64,000 bases of DNA from positions 6,816,001 to 6,880,000 of the forward strand of contig CBDDPY010000002.1 of NCBI GenBank assembly GCA_965232515.1, read 5' to 3'. Under the pieces are notes generated by a model. It had not been told where the DNA came from and ran no database searches. It saw only the letters and a program-made list of their open reading frames with translations. Below are positions 60,951 to 64,000 of this stretch, piece by piece; within the stretch, counting starts at the first letter, position 1, and every line of letters begins with the position of its first letter. The position numbers were made by a program, and so were the translations under genes. The DNA is from Alphaproteobacteria bacterium. GTDB lineage: Bacteria > Pseudomonadota > Alphaproteobacteria > GCA-2731375.

Positions 60951-61870
60951 GGCGTGCCCTGGTCGCCGAGGGGCGGCGCGTGTTCGCCCAGCACCGCCAG
61001 CGCTTCGCGCAGCGTCGGCATGGTCTGGCGCACCGCCTCTTCGCCCGCGGCGATGGCGTCCGGCGCCTGGTCGAATTCCAGCAGGCCGATATGGCCGACC
61101 TTGGGCGCGATCATCACATCGGGCGGATCGCCGGCCAGCCGCGACCGGCTGATCCGGTCCTGCAGGATGCCGAGCGAGGCGACCATCACGTTGAACAGGC
61201 CCGGCGCGCCCTCGGCCTGCCCGAACAGCTGCGACAGCAGGTTGCCGCCATTGCCGCCGCCGTTTCCGTTCGTGGCGGCGGCGGCCTGGGCGGGGGACGG
61301 CGTGCGGCGGCTGCCGAACATGTCGGCGTTGAGGTTGACCGCGATCACCAGCCGGGCGCCGAAGGCGCGGCAGACCGACACCGGCACCGGGTTGACCAGG
61401 GCGCCGTCGACCAACGCCTGGTTGTCGATCTCGTGCGGCGTGAACACGCCGGGCAGCGCGTAGGAGGCCCGGAGCGCGTCGACCAGGGCGCCGCGGCGCA
61501 GCCAGATCTCGTGGCCGGTCTCGAGCTCGGTGGCGACCGCCGCGAATGGCACGTCCAGGTCTTGGACCCGCATGTCGCCCAGATTGTCGTTCAGCAGTCG
61601 GGTCAGTCGGCGGCCGCCGATCAGGCCGCCGGCGCTGAGCGACAGGTCGAGATAGCGCAGGATGCGCATGCGGTTCAGGCCGCGCGCCCAGTCCTCCAGC
61701 ACGTCCAGATGTCCGGCCAGCCAGACGCCGCCGACCAGCGCGCCGATCGAGGTGCCGGCGACGATGTCGGGGCGGATGCCTTCGGCGACCAGCGCCCGGA
61801 TGACCCCGATATGGGCCCATCCACGGCCGGCGCCGCTGCCGAGTGCCAATCCAATGCGCGGGCGGGTCAT
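60947..61870 (-). CDS. Patatin-like phospholipase (RssA-like)
   Basis: GSGAGRGWAHIG, GTSIG, DGALVNP. Confidence 0.92.
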   Translation of the reverse strand: MTRPRIGLALGSGAGRGWAHIGVIRALVAEGIRPDIVAGTSIGALVGGVWLAGHLDVLEDWARGLNRMRILRYLDLSLSAGGLIGGRRLTRLLNDNLGDMRVQDLDVPFAAVATELETGHEIWLRRGALVDALRASYALPGVFTPHEIDNQALVDGALVNPVPVSVCRAFGARLVIAVNLNADMFGSRRTPSPAQAAAATNGNGGGNGGNLLSQLFGQAEGAPGLFNVMVASLGILQDRISRSRLAGDPPDVMIAPKVGHIGLLEFDQAPDAIAAGEEAVRQTMPTLREALAVLGEHAPPLGDQGTP

Positions 61871-62005
61871 CTTGACCGCTGTTTTAGTCGGACAATGGCT
61901 GAATTTCGGTTAACCATCGCATGCGGCGGTTTGCCGGGCAAAAAGCATCTGCGTGGCGCGTTGCGGACGGGCCGAAATCTTTTTCAAAACGTTTACGTTT
62001 GCCGC

Positions 62006-62034
62006 TTGCGCCGGTCGGGGGCGATGTATATAAC
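62006..62034 (+). promoter_or_regulatory. rrn sigma70 promoter
   Basis: TTGCGC-N17-TATAAC preceded by an AT-rich UP-like tract and followed by a GC-rich discriminator. Confidence 0.7.
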
Positions 62035-62181
62035 CGGGGTTTGCGCCCTGCAGTTTCTTAGTGGCTCTTGAGCGGTGCGACGGCCGGTCCCGACATCAAA
62101 CCGGTGGCACGCTCCGCAACCTCTTGGGCCGTTTCGAGGTGGTGGGACGCAACCGACGCCCGGCTTCCGGTGCCGTCGAGG

Positions 62182-62192
62182 GCTCTTTGACA
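62182..62192 (+). promoter_or_regulatory. boxA antitermination element in rrn leader
   Basis: GCTCTTTGACA vs TGCTCTTTAACA. Confidence 0.7.
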
Positions 62193-62418
62193 TTGTTGGT
62201 TTAAGGGAAGGGAAGCGTGGACGGCGGCGTTTTGTGCTGTCGTTTTTGGCTTTCCTGTTTGCCGCGGGGTTGGCCTGGTTTCGGCCGGGTTGGTTTCGTG
62301 GTGACGAAGAAGTCTTGTGCGACAGCAATTGATGAGCGATTGGGTCGTGCGTTGTTCTGTCGTGTCGGTTTTGGCCGGTGCGGTGGGTTGATGCATGGCT
62401 TCAAGAGCGTCAAGCCTC

Positions 62419-63934
<1,516 letters not shown>

Positions 63935-64000
63935 TCGGAGATCAGGGGTCAGATGCCAGATGTCGGAAGGTCTAGGCCTTCGGACGCTGCGGGACTGACC

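Noticed and set aside
63935-63970. Short heptamer-like repeats at the start of the ITS
   Set aside because: Only 3-4 degenerate units, truncated by the window edge; no tRNA visible

Overview
High-GC chromosomal window from an alphaproteobacterium (16S rRNA at the right end; looks Rhodospirillales-like/uncultured lineage, not placed precisely). It is gene-dense and mostly metabolic and transport. It holds a TctDE-SBP-TctCBA tricarboxylate module, a TAXI-TRAP transporter, a Rieske dioxygenase alpha/beta pair plus SDR, an integrin-beta-like vWA protein behind an AT-rich promoter, and an FNR-box-flanked low-oxygen cluster (P-type ATPase, HTH, Adh, Usp). It also holds an adenylate cyclase, a minimal MerR-promoter/merF/GDCCVxC unit, an IlvD/Edd dehydratase, two peptide-family ABC operons (one AccA-like with Pho boxes, one next to a D-aminoacylase), a ZTP riboswitch-glyA, gldA, a short reductive-dehalogenase-like protein, HU, Flp pilin, Crp, NatAB-like ABC, patatin, and the start of an rrn operon. 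I saw no CRISPR array, IS or prophage. The most promising leads are the integrin-beta-like protein, the Pho-box AccA-like transporter, the RdhA-like protein, the merF mini-operon and two structured intergenic repeats. All calls come from motif recognition by eye; no database searches were run.
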